A DNA stretch of 64,000 bases, taken from the NCBI RefSeq assembly GCF_963921235.1, contig NC_086106.1, positions 20,832,001 to 20,896,000 of the forward strand, given 5' to 3'. The notes under the pieces are model-generated. The model did no database searches. It was not told the origin of the DNA and worked only from the letters and a program-made list of their open reading frames with translations. Positions 62,150 through 64,000 of this stretch are shown one piece after another; the stretch's first letter is position 1, and each line of letters begins with the position of its first letter. The stretch is from Mobula hypostoma. Its lineage: Eukaryota. The position numbers and the translations under genes were made by a program.

Positions 62150-63217
62150 ATCATTAGGGTAGCTAAACACAATCGCCCACCATACTGATCAGCGCATTGG
62201 ATGCCCACCACCGTGAGTTTGCTTTCATTATCGACCGGTTGTCTCCCAACTTACCTGGGGCAAAATTTTATTCCAGTAACCACGGCTTATCCTGCTCTTT
62301 GAATTCAGCTTCTGATCTCCATGCATCAGCCGCCCTGTTCCTTTCACGGTCTGCAGTAGGTCAAAGAGTTATCTATCCCTGGGTTCAGTAGATGTGTCAA
62401 GGGTTTGGCCTTTAAATTGATCTGTTATATCTCTTATCAAAAACATATCTCATCAATATAAATTCCACCCATTTCCCCCGGGGTTTTGTGTTTAATATTG
62501 ATTCTCCTAGTATGGGTACAGACAGACGATTGTGTACTCATTCTTTTTGTTGCTTGGTGCGTTTTCCTACAGAGACTGGTGTCCCTCAAACGTTTCCCTC
62601 AGGCGTATATCTGGTCATTGCCTTGTTTTTCTTAGTCCCTGTCTCTCTGCCGGATACCTGGCCACATATTAGAGTGTTTCTGTTCTCGACTCTCAGTAGA
62701 TACCTGTCCACTGATTGGTGTCGTTCAGCCCCTGTCTCACAGGGGGATATTTGTACACTGACAGTAGTCTCCAATTTCCTCTCTCAGAGGATGACATTTG
62801 TCTACAGACTGATGGTCTTTTAGTTCCTGTGTCTCACGGGAATACCTGTACACATACTGGTGTCGGTCATTCGGTCCTCCTGGAATTCACTGTGTTTCTG
62901 TTTACACGTCCTGTTGCACGCAGGAATTGATGAATTGGATAGAGCGTGAAAGATCTTCATTTTGGATCTGGTCTTTGCCGCTGACCTGCCTCCTGTATAG
63001 AGACGAGCAGCTTTTGGGGATTTGAAATCTCTGCTGGGGTTGTGAAGAGGAAGCTATGCCTCTGGTTTCAGTGTGTGACAGCCTGTTCAAGCTGCGATGC
63101 CTTCATTCACTCAGAGCCATGTCTCTTTTGAAACAGCGCTCACTGCGTCACCCGACAAAGCCGGCCTGAACTGAAGCGCCGATCTCAAAGGTGTCAAGCT
63201 TGTCAGTGCTCAGAGAG
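62150..63217 (+). promoter_or_regulatory. V3 upstream region, homologous to the V1/V2 upstream regions
   Basis: GCTGACCTG at 62980-62988, CAGCGCTCA at 63134-63142, a degenerate repeat zone at 62560-62860, and 62150-62400 matching 46190-46420 in reverse. Confidence 0.55.
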
Positions 63218-64000
63218 ATGAATGTTATTTCCTATATCTGCCTAATCCTGTCCTGCATGGCAGGTAGTGATAACGCGGCCTGTCGCACACCCGGCGTCAC
63301 GGTCCTGATCGGTTATTCCCTGGGTCTCTGGAAATTTACTTTGTGGCACGATCGAAACTGTTCATTCCTTGTTTTCCTTAATTCATTGTCTCCCCCTAAT
63401 TCATTGTTTCCCCGTGTTTCTTGGGCTCTGTAATTAATGGCACTTGCTTCTAAGATGAACGAGCAGTAATTAGTCTCGGGCTTACAGCTACTCCGGGCTA
63501 GATCGGCATCATACGTCACCGAAGCAAATGCGAGCAAGTCACATTCCCGGAACGAGCCGAGTTACAATGCTAGAGCTACTCAAGTCTTTTCCCCGATGAG
63601 TTCGGAGTTCGAATTTCAGAGTTCAGAGTTCAGAGTTCGGAGTTCGGAGTTCCGCTTATTCCCGCTTCTGCTTTACACACTCCTTGATTTCCCTCTGAAC
63701 ATTTATTTCCTGCTTTGTTATCTAATGTACGTGGAACATTTTATTAATCTCTGCTCTTTGTTTTATTTACAGACCTGCGATCCGACATTGTGTTGACACA
63801 GCCCGAGTCAGCGGTGGTAAATCCCGCACAGTCTCACAGACTTGTGTGTGCATTCAGTGGGTTCAGCCTCAGCAGCTATGACATGCATTGGATGAAACAG
63901 GTCTCCGGGAAAGGGATGGACTGGGTGGCGATTTAACGGGTTAGCGCTTGTAAGACATACGCGCCCGGAGTCCAAGGCCGATTTAAGGTTTCCAAGGACA
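63218..64000 (+). pseudogene. IGHV: IgW-type heavy-chain V segment V3, disabled, runs off the window end
   Basis: Leader 63218-63263 MNVISYICLILSCMAG with intact GT; 509-nt intron; acceptor at 63772. Reads DIVLTQPESAVVNPAQSHRLVCAFSGFSLSSYDMHWMKQVSGKGMDWVAI*RVSACKTYAPGVQGRFKVSKD (TAA at 63934-63936). Confidence 0.92.
63281..63680. mobile_element. About 400-bp insertion in the V3 leader intron, possibly LTR-derived
   Basis: The intron is 509 nt versus 108-109 nt in V1/V2. The extra sequence starts TGTC and contains (GAGTTCA/G)n repeats. No TSD found. Confidence 0.4.

Overview
Cartilaginous-fish (elasmobranch) genomic DNA, mostly transposable-element debris, with no intact host protein-coding gene. 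The non-repeat scaffold is an antigen-receptor region. It holds three IgW-type heavy-chain V segments, all disabled as assembled: V1 at 5398-5853 (-), V2 at 43043-43494 (-) and V3 at 63218 to the window end (+, head-to-head with V2). V1 and V2 each head a paralogous, decayed shark-type V-(D)-D-J-C-C cluster. Just downstream of the second cluster's C remnants, on the same strand, lies a different cassette: two D segments with 12/23 RSSs (one 12-RSS is perfect consensus) and a TCR-delta-like pseudo-J. A weakly supported V-J-like exon follows it. The mobile elements include many CR1-clade LINE fragments (one young copy with a 557-aa RT ORF), Rex1/Babar fragments and a Gmr1-type Gypsy (integrase before RT) interrupted by a Penelope element carrying a hammerhead-ribozyme motif. 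Also present are a 4.35-kb tandem multi-LTR array bounded by one 5-bp TSD, solo LTRs and two Tc1-like transposons. All family assignments come from motifs read by eye and from recall, not database searches. Repeat boundaries are approximate unless a TSD or terminal motif is quoted.
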